Assembly: GCA_964513735.1 (NCBI GenBank)
Contig: CAZENU010000005.1
Coordinates: 13,719 to 77,718, forward strand
Source of the DNA: an uncultured Dehalococcoidia bacterium
Lineage (GTDB): Bacteria > Chloroflexota > Dehalococcoidia > Lucifugimonadales > CAZENU01
Reading direction: 5' to 3'
Length of the DNA stretch: 64,000 nt
The notes beneath the pieces were generated by a model. It worked only from the letters and a program-made list of their open reading frames with translations. It had not been told where the DNA came from and ran no database searches. The position numbers were made by a program, and so were the translations under genes. This document shows, in pieces, positions 25,257 through 33,070 of the stretch. Position 1 is the first letter of the stretch. The number at the start of each line of letters is the position of its first letter.

Positions 25257-25453
25257 CCGAGGCTTCCTCCGAGAAACATAGTACCGCTTTTCACAAAAAG
25301 GCGCATGTCTGCCTGAAACGGCCAACGGCACCGAGAGAATGCGTCATCTGGCCACTCACATCCCATGTTAGAATAGGCGCACTTCGCCCGCAGCGGCGTT
25401 GACCGGCCCCGCGCCGGGCCCAGGCCCACCAGATTGGACACAGAGGCTGCCTG

Positions 25454-26767
25454 ATGCCCTTCGCCAACTCCGCGCTCTTTCCGATCACCGCCGACGTCTC
25501 CGAGGACCGCCTGACGCTGGGCGGCTGTGCCGCCGTCGACCTGGCGGCGGAGTTCGGGACGCCGCTGTACGTCTTCGACGAGGCGACGTTGCGACAGGTC
25601 TGCGGCGAGTTCGTCGGCGAATTCGGCAGCCGGTACCCGGACACCCGCGTCCTCTACGCCTCCAAGGCGTTCATCAACGCGGCGCTGGCACGACTGATAA
25701 GCGAGGAGGGGCTCGGGTTCGACGTGGTCTCGGGCGGCGAGTTGGCGGTCGCCCAGGCGGCGGACATCCCGCCCGGTCACATCTACTTACACGGCAACAA
25801 CAAGGGGGCGGACGAGCTGGAGATGGCCCTGGACTACGGGGTCGGCCGGATCGTGGTGGACAACTTCAGCGAGCTGGACCTTCTTATCGAGCTGGCCCGC
25901 GCGCGGGGGGTCGTGCAGGACGTGCTAGTCCGGCTCTCGCCGGGCGTAGACCCTCATACCCACGTCCATACGACTACCGGCACGCTGGACAGCAAGTTCG
26001 GCTTCCCCATCGAGACCGGCGACGGCGAGCGCGCGATACGCCATGCCATGGATGCCGACAGCCTGGACCTGGTAGGAGTCCACATGCACCTGGGCTCACC
26101 TATATTCGAACTGGAGCCCTACGCGATCGCAATAGACGCGGTGCTGACGTTTGTCGCCAGCCTTGACCTCGACGGCTTTGAGCTGCGCGAGTTCAGCCCC
26201 GGCGGCGGCTTCGCCATAGGGTACCTGAGGGATCGCCTGCCGCCGTCCGTCGGGTCCTACGCGGAGGTAATCATCTCAGCGTTCAAACGGCGGTGTGCCG
26301 ACCTGGGGCTCGGCGAGCCAACGCTGGTTGTGGAGCCGGGCCGGGCGATCGTCGGGAGGGCCGGCGTGGCCCTCTATTCGGTGGGCAGCGTGAAGGACAT
26401 CCCCGGCATCCGAAAGTACGTGTCGCTGGACGGCGGCATGGGCGACAACATACGCCCGACGCTCTACGACGCCGGGTACGACGCCGTGGTCGCCAACCGC
26501 ATGTCGGACCCACCTGTGGAGACGATTACCCTCGCGGGCAAGTTCTGCGAGTCGGGCGACGTGCTCATCCGCAACATCTCTCTGCCCGTTCTCGAGCGCG
26601 GCGACCTGATAGCCATACCGGCGTCGGGCGCCTACGCGCCGTCCATGGCCAGTAACTACAACCTGAACCCCAGGCCGGCAATCGTCCTGGTCAACGACGG
26701 GGAGGCGCGGCTGATACGCCGGCGCGAGACCTACCGGGACATGATGCACAGCGACGTCGTCGGCTAG
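25454..26767 (+). CDS. lysA: Diaminopimelate decarboxylase
   Basis: 437 aa. YASKAF (PLP Lys), HLGS, and the GGGF...EPGR...CESGD pattern. Confidence 0.9.
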   Translation: MPFANSALFPITADVSEDRLTLGGCAAVDLAAEFGTPLYVFDEATLRQVCGEFVGEFGSRYPDTRVLYASKAFINAALARLISEEGLGFDVVSGGELAVAQAADIPPGHIYLHGNNKGADELEMALDYGVGRIVVDNFSELDLLIELARARGVVQDVLVRLSPGVDPHTHVHTTTGTLDSKFGFPIETGDGERAIRHAMDADSLDLVGVHMHLGSPIFELEPYAIAIDAVLTFVASLDLDGFELREFSPGGGFAIGYLRDRLPPSVGSYAEVIISAFKRRCADLGLGEPTLVVEPGRAIVGRAGVALYSVGSVKDIPGIRKYVSLDGGMGDNIRPTLYDAGYDAVVANRMSDPPVETITLAGKFCESGDVLIRNISLPVLERGDLIAIPASGAYAPSMASNYNLNPRPAIVLVNDGEARLIRRRETYRDMMHSDVVG

Positions 26768-26774
26768 CCCTGCC

Positions 26775-27782
26775 ATGTGGAACACCATAGGCCACGAGAG
26801 GGCGGTCACACACCTGAAGCTCGGACTTGAGAAGGGGCAGCTTTCTCACGCCTATCTGCTGACCGGCCCGCGTCAGGTGGGCAAGATGTCGCTGGCCATG
26901 GACTTGGCCCGGGCGCTGAATTGCCTTGGCGACGAAAGGCCGTGCGGCGTCTGCGACCAGTGCGGCCGCATAGAGCGGGGCCTCCACGCCGACGTGCGGA
27001 TCGCCGGCGTGGAGGCGGGCACGTCCCGCGGCGGTGGCAGCCGTACCTCCATCGGCATCGACCAGGTGCGGGAGGTGCAGCGGGAGGCCAGCCTCAAGCC
27101 CTACGAGGGCCGCTACAGGGTATTCGTCGTAGACGGCGCTGAGCACGTGACGTCCGAGGCGGCCAACAGCCTGCTGAAGACGCTGGAGGAGCCGCCCGAC
27201 CAGGTCGTCATCGCACTGCTGGCCCCCGACGTAGACGTCCTGCCGCCGACTGTGGTGTCCCGATGCCAGAGGCTGGACCTGAGGCCGGTGGCGCTGCCAC
27301 TAATCGCACGGGAGCTGACAGCCCGTTTCCAGACGGACGAGGACAGGGCCGCCGAGATAGCGAGGTTGTCCCAGGGCCGGCCGGGGTGGGCCTTCAACGC
27401 GGCCAACGATCCCGATAAGATCGAAGGGCTGCTGGAGGAGCTGGACTCCATCCAGTCCATTCTGGACGCCGGCCTGGAAGATCGGTTCACATACGCGCAG
27501 AAAACGGCCAGCGCCTTCACCCGTGACCGGGAGTCGGTCCGCCGACAACTCGCTGCATGGCAGGCGTGGCTGCGCGACATATTCCTGGTCAAGCACGGGG
27601 TGCCGCAGTTCGCCACGTACCGCTCCAGGCTGGAGACGCTGACTACGGTGGCGGACGCGATGGCCTCGGCGGACGTGTCGCGGGCGCTACGGGCGGTCCG
27701 TGAGACCGCCGACCTGATGGAGCGCAATGTGAACCCCAGGCTGGCACTGGAGTCGATGATGCTGGTGCTGCCACGCCGATAG
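26775..27782 (+). CDS. holB: DNA polymerase III subunit delta-prime
   Basis: 335 aa. HAYLLTGPRQVGK and a zinc-module CGVCDQC. Confidence 0.85.
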   Translation: MWNTIGHERAVTHLKLGLEKGQLSHAYLLTGPRQVGKMSLAMDLARALNCLGDERPCGVCDQCGRIERGLHADVRIAGVEAGTSRGGGSRTSIGIDQVREVQREASLKPYEGRYRVFVVDGAEHVTSEAANSLLKTLEEPPDQVVIALLAPDVDVLPPTVVSRCQRLDLRPVALPLIARELTARFQTDEDRAAEIARLSQGRPGWAFNAANDPDKIEGLLEELDSIQSILDAGLEDRFTYAQKTASAFTRDRESVRRQLAAWQAWLRDIFLVKHGVPQFATYRSRLETLTTVADAMASADVSRALRAVRETADLMERNVNPRLALESMMLVLPRR

Positions 27783-28024
27783 TGCGCGACGCCATGAGAG
27801 ACGAACGCAGGACCGCCGACGTCGTAGGGCTCAGGTTTACATCAACAGGCCGTGTGCGGTACTTCGACCCCGGTGGCCGTGAGCTCGAGGTCTGCGACCG
27901 AATCGTCGTCGAGACCACCGACGGGCGAAGGGAGGCGAAGGTGGTGATCGCGCCGTCGCAGGTGCTCTACTCCGACCTGAAGGGCGCTCCCGAGCCTCTT
28001 ATCATCGTAGACGCCGACGCATAG
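27782..28024 (+). CDS. RicT/YaaT-like N-terminal fragment (PSP1 C-terminal domain absent)
   Basis: 80 aa. VVGLRFTSTGRVRYFDPGGRELEVCDRIVVETTDGRREAKVVIAPSQV matches the first 70 residues or so of RicT/YaaT. It sits in the canonical position after holB and stops at 28022-28024, with only repeats downstream. Confidence 0.55.
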   Translation: MRDAMRDERRTADVVGLRFTSTGRVRYFDPGGRELEVCDRIVVETTDGRREAKVVIAPSQVLYSDLKGAPEPLIIVDADA

Positions 28025-28144
28025 CCACGCCGCTGTCGCTCTGCCGCTGGAACGCGCCTTTCTGCAGATAGTGGTCGTAGGGTCTAAGGAGCCAAGAACC
28101 GTGTAGGCGGAGGTCGAGTGTCTAGAGCAGGTACGCCGAGGGAT

Positions 28145-28262
28145 GTCATTCGACTAACTCAGGACGGACGGTGGAGGTAGCACACCGACCCTCCGTTCTT
28201 GGTGAGCCTGTCGAATCACCTCACCGCAACCGGCTGTCCTTCGACAAGCTCAGGGCGAACGG
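28145..28262. repeat. Cluster of family 2 repeat units
   Basis: gtcattcgactaactcaggacggacgg (about 28145-28171), ggtgagcctgtcgaatcacc (28201-28220), and tccttcgacaagctcagggcgaacgg (about 28237-28262). Confidence 0.55.
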
Positions 28263-28297
28263 TCAGCCGGTTGGGCCGACGGCCGACTAGCCGATGG

Positions 28298-28804
28298 CTA
28301 CCGCACCCAGGGAATGAACTGGCGCCAGTCCTCCAGGATCGTCCTGTAGTGAAAGAGCGCATAGGGGTCGGGACGCGGGGCTCGTGGCTGCCGGGCAAGC
28401 TGCATCTTGGCGGCGGACGGCAGCATACCCGCCTTGCGGTGGTTGCACGGTATGCAGGCGCTGACCACGTTCTCCCAGGAGTGGGGGCCACCCCTGGACC
28501 GCGGGATGATGTGGTCCAGGGTCAGGGAGCGCGTCTCCAGGCCGCAGTACTGGCACTTGTACCCATCGCGGTGGAAGACCGACCGGCGGGAGAGCCGACG
28601 CTGCATAAGGGGGCGGCTCACCATGTGAAACAGCCGGATGACGGACGGGACGATGAAGGACCGCGATGCCGTGTGTATCTCGCCCCGACTGTTGGCCATC
28701 ATCTCCGCCTTGCCCAGCCCGAGCAGGACCAGAGCGCGCCTGGCATTGCACACGTTCAGCGGCTGATAGTTCTGGTTCAGGACTAGTACTGGGGAGTCGA
28801 TCAT
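28298..28804 (-). CDS. HNH endonuclease family protein
   Basis: ORF 28298..29023, trimmed to MIDSPVLVLNQNYQPL (residue 74). HNH core CQYCG...LDHIIPRSRGGPHSWENVVSACIPCNHRK. Confidence 0.8.
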   Translation of the reverse strand: MIDSPVLVLNQNYQPLNVCNARRALVLLGLGKAEMMANSRGEIHTASRSFIVPSVIRLFHMVSRPLMQRRLSRRSVFHRDGYKCQYCGLETRSLTLDHIIPRSRGGPHSWENVVSACIPCNHRKAGMLPSAAKMQLARQPRAPRPDPYALFHYRTILEDWRQFIPWVR

Positions 28805-28823
28805 TTCATCGTTCTCGCGGGCG

Positions 28824-29432
28824 CTACTCCATTTGAGCTTCCAGGAGGCGCAGCGCCAGCTTGAAGTCCGAGGGTGCGAAACCGAGCGCGCTGGCGGGCA
28901 GCGCGTCGGTAACGTCCACGAAGACGCCGACCAGGGCGGACTCGGCCAGCGCGTCCTCCAGGCTCTCTCTGGCGCCGTCGATCTGCGGCAGTCTGTCAGC
29001 AACCTGGCCGGGGACCCTGTCATCCAGGGCGCTGGTGTCGAAGTCGTAAGTGAGGCGGGTGCCGGCCATCACTACGGTGCCTGCCACGGTAATGCCGAGC
29101 AGCAGGCCCAGGGCCAGTCCCACGAGCCTGTCCACCATCTTTGACAGGCCCAGGGTCAGGATCATCAGCATCGGCTTAACTATCTTGCCGATGTAGCTGG
29201 CCACCACCGCGGACGCTATGACGATGATCGCATAGCTGATGACGGTGACGACGGTGTCGTTGGAGAGGGAGCTATCGAAGAGTGCTCCGACATCGTCGCT
29301 GAGCTGTCCGGCGAGAAGCCAGCCCACGACTACGCCGGCGACGGCGAACGCGGCCTTGATCAAGCCTATCCGCATACCGGCAATGCCACTCACCACGATT
29401 ATCGCCAACAGGACGAAGTCGAGCCAGTTCAA
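28824..29432 (-). CDS. cvpA: CvpA family membrane protein
   Basis: 202 aa. MNWLDFVLLAIIVVSGIAGMRIGLIK is the typical CvpA N-terminus. Four TM helices. Confidence 0.75.
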   Translation of the reverse strand: MNWLDFVLLAIIVVSGIAGMRIGLIKAAFAVAGVVVGWLLAGQLSDDVGALFDSSLSNDTVVTVISYAIIVIASAVVASYIGKIVKPMLMILTLGLSKMVDRLVGLALGLLLGITVAGTVVMAGTRLTYDFDTSALDDRVPGQVADRLPQIDGARESLEDALAESALVGVFVDVTDALPASALGFAPSDFKLALRLLEAQME

Positions 29433-29523
29433 GGTACTTCCCCCGGCGCCCGTCTCTTCGTGACGTGCTCGTCAGTGGCATGTCTACGGGGCACGAAAAG
29501 TTCGGCACAGTTTACCACAGCTC

Positions 29524-30222
29524 TCAGGCCCGAAAAAGAATGCCCGCACGGGCGACAAGCGGGTCGACCCGCGGCCGGAGCCAGATCGCCCCACAGACGA
29601 TGGCGGCGCCGGTCGCATAGCCGGCCAACACGTCCGAGACCCAGTGCACCCCAAGGTATACTCGCATGAAACCCAGGGCGAGCAGCGAGGCAATACCGGC
29701 TCCGTAGGCCACGAGCCTGGTCGGGCGAGAGGAGATACGGCTGGAAAGCAAGACGGCGAGCAGCCCTACCAGGACGGTGTAGTGCAGAATGTGGCCGCTG
29801 GGGAAGGAGTATCCATCGCGGAGCTCGATCACCTCCACCAGATCGGCTGCGGGCCTCGGCCGGGCGACCAACTCCTTGGCCACGGTAAGCGTCGCGAAGC
29901 TGGCCATCATCGCCAGAAAGACCACGGCGGCGGCGGACCGAGACCCCCGGAAAGCCAGCGCGGCAGGGACCAGGACAGCCAGCCACGGCGCCAACATCCT
30001 GGGTACAGGGGAGAAGGCCACCATGGCACCGTCCAGCCAGGCGGTGCGCGTCGACTGCACCCACCCCGACACACTTACGTCGCCGGGGAAGCTTCCGTAG
30101 ATGCCGGCAGCGTAGAGGACGACCAGAAACACGGCCAGAGGGGCCATACACACAGCAATATCCAGGTCCCGCACCCTGGCGATTTGTGGCGAGGATTCAG
30201 GAGACATGGCGACTGAAACCAT
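29524..30222 (-). CDS. PAP2-superfamily phosphatase
   Basis: 232 aa. Motifs RPRP, SFPSGH and RVYLGVHWVSDV. Confidence 0.8.
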   Translation of the reverse strand: MVSVAMSPESSPQIARVRDLDIAVCMAPLAVFLVVLYAAGIYGSFPGDVSVSGWVQSTRTAWLDGAMVAFSPVPRMLAPWLAVLVPAALAFRGSRSAAAVVFLAMMASFATLTVAKELVARPRPAADLVEVIELRDGYSFPSGHILHYTVLVGLLAVLLSSRISSRPTRLVAYGAGIASLLALGFMRVYLGVHWVSDVLAGYATGAAIVCGAIWLRPRVDPLVARAGILFRA

Positions 30223-30266
30223 TCTTTTTCATGGTTAACTGCGGAAGGAACGACAGCGTAACCAGC

Positions 30267-30929
30267 TCAACCCTGGGTCCGCTCGGGCACGTTAAAGTAT
30301 GGCGCCGCTATCTCTCCTCTCTGTAGCCTGAAAACCATTGGCACTGTGATCTGGTGGCCGGGAGACAGATCGGGCAATTCGCGCTCCGAGAAGAACCGTG
30401 CGCCTGTCGTCTCGGGGCCCGCTTCGGGTTCGCCGAGCTCAGGTTCAATGAGGAAGACCGCAAAGTACATCTGGGCCTTGGTCTGACCGCCGTTCAGGCG
30501 GGAGTCCCAAATACCTAACAACCGAGCTACCTCCCCTTTGACGTTTGCTTCCTCCAACAGCTCACGCTGAGCCGCCTCCGCCAGCGTCTCACCGACCTCC
30601 AGGAGTCCACCCGGCAAGGCCCAGAGTCCGTCGTCTTCCCTTCGGATGAGGAGGATGCGTTCGTCGCGGAACACTGCGGCATTGGCGCCCGCGTTGGGGC
30701 TCAAGTGGCTCAGGTTGTCCTTGAACCCTGATATCACCTCGTCCGGCGAGCGTCTCTCCAGCGCGGCTATCAGTCTGGCGTTTGCCGACAAGATGCGCTC
30801 ATACCGTTCCTTGTCGTAAGGATTCTCGGCGAATCTGAGACCGAGATTGGCGACGGCGCGCAATTCATCGGCTATCCAGTACATCTCCTCGGTCACCGAT
30901 ACGGACTCACCTCCAACAAAGACTGGCAT
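30267..30929 (-). CDS. NUDIX hydrolase with N-terminal Nudix_N_2-like domain
   Basis: 220 aa. Nudix box GGLLEVGETLAEAAQRELLEEANV. N-terminal WIADELRAVANLGLRFAENPYDKERY. Confidence 0.8.
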   Translation of the reverse strand: MPVFVGGESVSVTEEMYWIADELRAVANLGLRFAENPYDKERYERILSANARLIAALERRSPDEVISGFKDNLSHLSPNAGANAAVFRDERILLIRREDDGLWALPGGLLEVGETLAEAAQRELLEEANVKGEVARLLGIWDSRLNGGQTKAQMYFAVFLIEPELGEPEAGPETTGARFFSERELPDLSPGHQITVPMVFRLQRGEIAAPYFNVPERTQG

Positions 30930-31062
30930 CAGCTACATATGTCTGAAAAGGGAGCCCCTCGACAATCTCGGGCCAGGCCTCGCTTTGCCCAGGACGGGCT
31001 TGGCTGGGCTCGCCCCAGATCGTTCTGGCGACACCAGCGCCCCACTCGGCCTACGGCGGGCT

Positions 31063-32793
31063 CTATCGTGGCGGCTCCTGGGGAGCGGGGTTGGTCAGGC
31101 CTGCCGCCAGGGATATCGGCACCAGGCGTTCGAGCTGGTCCAGGGTCCAGGCGCCGGTAGTGTGGATGCTCTTGGAGATACGGCGGTCGGAGTAGAGCGA
31201 CATGGCCCAGCCGTTGGTGCCAACGACACGGCCGTTGAAGGCCCCCCCTGCCTCGGTGCACAGGTAGACGATCTTGGCGGCGTTGTTCTCCGGCGCCAGC
31301 GCCTCCTCGGGCTCCAGCGACCCGACGATCTCCGACGCACCGCCACCGCTCGGCCGATGACGAACGTGCTCGGGCACCGTGGCCATCATCCTGGTGTTGG
31401 CGCCAGGGTATATTGCGTTCAAGGTGATGCCGTGGACCGCCAGCTCCCTGGCCAGCGAGCGTGTGAAGCCGACGATGCCCTCTTTGGCTGACGTGTAGTT
31501 GGCCTGGCCTGCCGATCCGAGTCCGGACACCGACGAGAACAGCGCGATCCGGCCGTACGCGCGGTCAATCATGCGGGGAACACAGTGGCGGACCATGTTG
31601 AAGGAGCCGTACAGGTGGACACGTAGAACAGTGTCCCACTCCTCCTCGGTCATGTTGAACACCATGCGGTCGCGCAGGATGCCGGCGGCGTTGCACAGGA
31701 TGTCCACGCGGCCGTATTCGTCGACGGCGGTCTGGACGATGGCACCGGCGGCATCGTAGTCAGCCACCGATTCGTAGCTGGCAACGGCCTTGCCGCCGGC
31801 CGCGCGTATCTCCGCGACCACGTCGGCGGCGGGACCGACGGAGCGGCCGGCACCGTCGACCGAGCCTCCCAGGTCGTTGACGACGACCGCCGCGCCCATC
31901 TCGGCCAGCAGCGTCGCCACGCTGCGGCCGATGCCGCGACCGGCGCCGGTCACGATCGCCACTCTGCCTTCCAGCTTCTCGCTCATGGGTAGGCCCGACG
32001 CCACGAGGTTGGGAGCCTGGGCGGCGATCTCGTCCATCGTGAAGATGCCCCACTTGTGGATGCTGCGCTCAATCGCCGGGTTGGCGTAGACGTATAGCGA
32101 GCCGCCGCGGGCGCCGAAGGCGTACCCGTTGACGTGGGGCATCGCCTCGGTGCACAACAGCACGGCCAGCGCCGCCGCGCTCTCGGAGCCGTCGGAGACG
32201 CACAGGGCGTTGCAGGTGACGCCGTACTTGCCGAGATCGCGGCCTACGGTGCGGGTCATCCCGACGATGGCCTCGGAGGCGGCGGCGAAGCTCGACGCGC
32301 CCGCCTCGCCGAGGCCCGCATCCGATGTCAGGTTCACGATACGGCCGCCGCGCTGCTGGCGGAACCGGATGGCCGCGAACCTGGTCGGGCCGAAGGTCGC
32401 TTTGACATTGGCCGCGACGACTCGGTCGAAGTCGTTGGGCGTCATCTCGTGAACGAGTCTATCGACGCGCAGGTCCACGCTGTTCACCAGCACGTCCAGG
32501 CGGCCATAGGCGTCGACAGCCGTGGCGATCAGCGCCTCGGCCCCGGCCATCGTCGCGACGTCTTCGCGGGTGGCGATGGCTTCTACGCCGGACAACCGTG
32601 CCGCCTCGGCGACGGCGCCCGCCGTAGAGGTGCCGGGCGCCTTCAGGCCCGGGTCGTTGACGACCAGCGACGCGCCCTCCTCGGCCAAGATGGCGGCGAC
32701 GGCCCGCCCGACGGGCCTCGTCACGTCGGTGACCACCGCCACATTACCGTTGAAGCTGTTTCCCACTGTTTCCCTCGGTACGTTCGCCGTCAA
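31063..32793 (-). CDS. Tandem short-chain dehydrogenase fusion (degenerate N-terminal SDR + intact C-terminal SDR + C-terminal extension)
   Basis: 576 aa. The second domain has TGAGRGIGRS, NAAG and YTSAK. The first domain has VTDVTRPVGRA, VNSV and FAAAS at the equivalent positions. Confidence 0.8.
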   Translation of the reverse strand: MTANVPRETVGNSFNGNVAVVTDVTRPVGRAVAAILAEEGASLVVNDPGLKAPGTSTAGAVAEAARLSGVEAIATREDVATMAGAEALIATAVDAYGRLDVLVNSVDLRVDRLVHEMTPNDFDRVVAANVKATFGPTRFAAIRFRQQRGGRIVNLTSDAGLGEAGASSFAAASEAIVGMTRTVGRDLGKYGVTCNALCVSDGSESAAALAVLLCTEAMPHVNGYAFGARGGSLYVYANPAIERSIHKWGIFTMDEIAAQAPNLVASGLPMSEKLEGRVAIVTGAGRGIGRSVATLLAEMGAAVVVNDLGGSVDGAGRSVGPAADVVAEIRAAGGKAVASYESVADYDAAGAIVQTAVDEYGRVDILCNAAGILRDRMVFNMTEEEWDTVLRVHLYGSFNMVRHCVPRMIDRAYGRIALFSSVSGLGSAGQANYTSAKEGIVGFTRSLARELAVHGITLNAIYPGANTRMMATVPEHVRHRPSGGGASEIVGSLEPEEALAPENNAAKIVYLCTEAGGAFNGRVVGTNGWAMSLYSDRRISKSIHTTGAWTLDQLERLVPISLAAGLTNPAPQEPPR

Positions 32794-32865
32794 GAGGACG
32801 ACTGCCGACCAGGGTAGAAGCAGGTTTCATGGTCAAAGACCAATAACTTGCCACTACGGCGTACT

Positions 32866-32990
32866 GTCACCCTGGGCAAAGAGAACGGTCTGGGGAGGTT
32901 GGGTGGTCCCCGCAGCCCGGTCACCGTAACGGCGGTGATATGGGATGGGACCCCGCCCCAGATCCTTCGTCGCGGACTCCCCAGGATGAC
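32866..32990. repeat. Palindromic REP/MITE-like element (family 1 variant)
   Basis: Forward half gtcaccctgggcaaagagaacggtctgggg (about 32866-32895). Reverse half ccccgccccagatccttcgtcgcggactccccaggatgac (about 32951-32990). Confidence 0.6.
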
Positions 32991-33070
32991 ATGGCGGGCA
33001 CTCCGTTTGGCGGTCGCCAGGCATCTCGTTCATGACGTTCAAACCGGCCCCTACGGGTCGTATCACAAGT

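Noticed and set aside
25257-25453. Lysine riboswitch (L-box) upstream of lysA
   Set aside because: An extended -10-like TGTTAGAAT at about 25366-25374 leaves only a leader of about 75 nt. That is too short for an L-box, and no L-box core motifs were seen.
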